Assembly: GCA_048405595.1 (NCBI GenBank)
Contig: DBFJOT010000010.1
Location: 7,578-71,577, forward strand
Origin: Candidatus Onthovivens sp.
GTDB lineage: Bacteria > Bacillota_I > Bacilli_A > RFN20 > CAG-826
Reading direction: 5' to 3'
Length of the DNA: 64,000 bases
Part shown: positions 63,023-64,000 of the stretch, one piece after another
Layout: the number at the start of each line of letters is the position of its first letter
Position numbering within the stretch: position 1 is the stretch's first letter
The notes under the pieces: model-generated
Databases searched by the model: none
Told to the model about the DNA's origin: nothing
The model's input: only the letters and a program-made list of their open reading frames with translations
Position numbers and translations under genes: made by a program

Positions 63023-63880
63023 TTAAGCCCTTTCTCTCATCTTTTTACGTCTTACTGCTTTAGCGCTAACGTTATTATTTCTTTTAAAAGAAATTAAAAT
63101 AACAACAAGTAAAACAATTAAGAAAATAATAGTAGTTAATGGTCTCATTTCAGGTGGAATAGGTCCTTTTTTAATCTTTGCTTGAACTAATGTAGAAATA
63201 GTTTCGATATTTCCAGCACCTGAAAGTAAGCCGCTTCCTCTAGTGAAAGCTGTAACGATAAAATCATCTAAAGATAAAGTTATTGATAACATAAAACCAC
63301 TAAATACGCCTGGTAAAATTTCAGGTAAAACAGATTTTGTTAAAGCTTGTCTTGGTGAACATCCTAAATCTAAAGCTGCTTCATATAATGATGGATCCAT
63401 TTGTTGTAATTTTGGTTTTACGTTTAAATAAACAAATGGTGCAGCAAGAATGATGTGACCAATTAATAATGTCCAGAAACTGAATAAATTAGCTCCACCA
63501 AATATTTTATTTCCAATGAAAACAAACATAACAACAAGAGATAAAGCCATGACAATTTCGGCATTAACAACCGGAATTTGATTTATGTTTTCAAGAACAA
63601 TTCTACTTCTTTTTTTGGAATAAAATGCACCAACTGCACCTAAAGTTCCAAGAAAAGTTGCGCAAATCGCACTTATAAGAGCAATAATAAGTGTATTTCC
63701 TACTGCAATCATTATTTCTTCACTCTGAAATAATTTTGCATAAAGGTCAAAAGAGAATCCGTTCCATTCTCCAATATAGGTAGCGTTTGTAAAAGAGAAA
63801 ACGATTAATACAAGAATTGGAACATACATTAATAATAAAATTAAATAGATATAAGAATATCCAAGAATTTTCTTTACCAT
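63023..63880 (-). CDS. potC: Spermidine/putrescine ABC transporter permease
   Basis: 285 aa with six TM helices. EAA-loop region YEAALDLGCSPRQALTKSVLPEILPG. Confidence 0.9.
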   Translation of the reverse strand: MVKKILGYSYIYLILLLMYVPILVLIVFSFTNATYIGEWNGFSFDLYAKLFQSEEIMIAVGNTLIIALISAICATFLGTLGAVGAFYSKKRSRIVLENINQIPVVNAEIVMALSLVVMFVFIGNKIFGGANLFSFWTLLIGHIILAAPFVYLNVKPKLQQMDPSLYEAALDLGCSPRQALTKSVLPEILPGVFSGFMLSITLSLDDFIVTAFTRGSGLLSGAGNIETISTLVQAKIKKGPIPPEMRPLTTIIFLIVLLVVILISFKRNNNVSAKAVRRKKMRERA

Positions 63881-64000
63881 GCTGCAGCATCCTTTCCTTC
63901 ATCTTTTTCAGTGAAATTTCTAGTGACAAGCATTGATAAGCCGATAATTAAAAGCATGATGATTGCCATAAAGCTAGATGAATTCCATTGGTTATTGGCA
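63874..64000 (-). CDS. potB: Spermidine/putrescine ABC transporter permease, C-terminal end only (5' part outside the window)
   Basis: Reverse complement reads ..IMLLIIGLSMLVTRNFTEKDEGKDAAAW-stop. The stop TAA at 63874-63876 overlaps the potC start region. Confidence 0.7.
   Translation of the reverse strand, partial: ANNQWNSSSFMAIIMLLIIGLSMLVTRNFTEKDEGKDAAAW

Noticed and set aside
1-64000. Looked for CRISPR arrays, rRNA, tmRNA next to smpB, intact IS or transposase genes, and defence-system gene clusters.
   Set aside because: No regularly spaced direct repeats were seen. No rRNA-like conserved strings were seen. The 53687-53854 and 52105-52138 gaps beside smpB contain only a terminator hairpin. 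No ORF has transposase, RT, Cas, large ATPase/nuclease or restriction-modification signatures.

Overview
AT-rich chromosomal window that reads cleanly in the standard genetic code. Very long ORFs, such as a 1186-aa PFOR, are uninterrupted, and the only tRNA-Trp seen has anticodon CCA. The gene content is lipobox lipoproteins, ECF and ABC importers, a membrane-anchored nuclease, P-type ATPases and GH3 glycosidases. This fits a wall-less low-GC Firmicute/Mollicute of the Acholeplasma type; the taxon is inference only. There are about 60 protein genes, most on the minus strand, and most are housekeeping or transport genes. Supported RNA and regulatory features: tRNA-Gln(CUG), tRNA-Trp(CCA), tRNA-Pro(UGG), tRNA-Cys(GCA), a yybP-ykoY Mn2+ riboswitch ahead of a P-type ATPase, a CsoR operator ahead of csoR-copA, and many intrinsic terminators. 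No rRNA, CRISPR array or intact IS element was seen. Observations worth a second look: (1) Two diverged ~350-380-nt copies, plus a partial third, of a structured non-coding intergenic element. The copies share conserved termini and two helices that covary between copies. It matches no RNA class I can name. (2) A decayed integrative-element scar at 23.7-24.8 kb. It holds two tandem modules, each with a small hydrophobic peptide gene opposed by a conserved convergent promoter and terminator (type I toxin-antitoxin-like), an RHH gene, and an integrase C-terminal fragment. (3) A U32-peptidase / anion-permease / stand-alone chorismate mutase operon lying divergent to a second, long U32 gene, which suggests prephenate-dependent RNA hydroxylation. 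(4) A frameshifted chloramphenicol acetyltransferase gene. (5) A tRNA-Gln with C at T-loop position 55.
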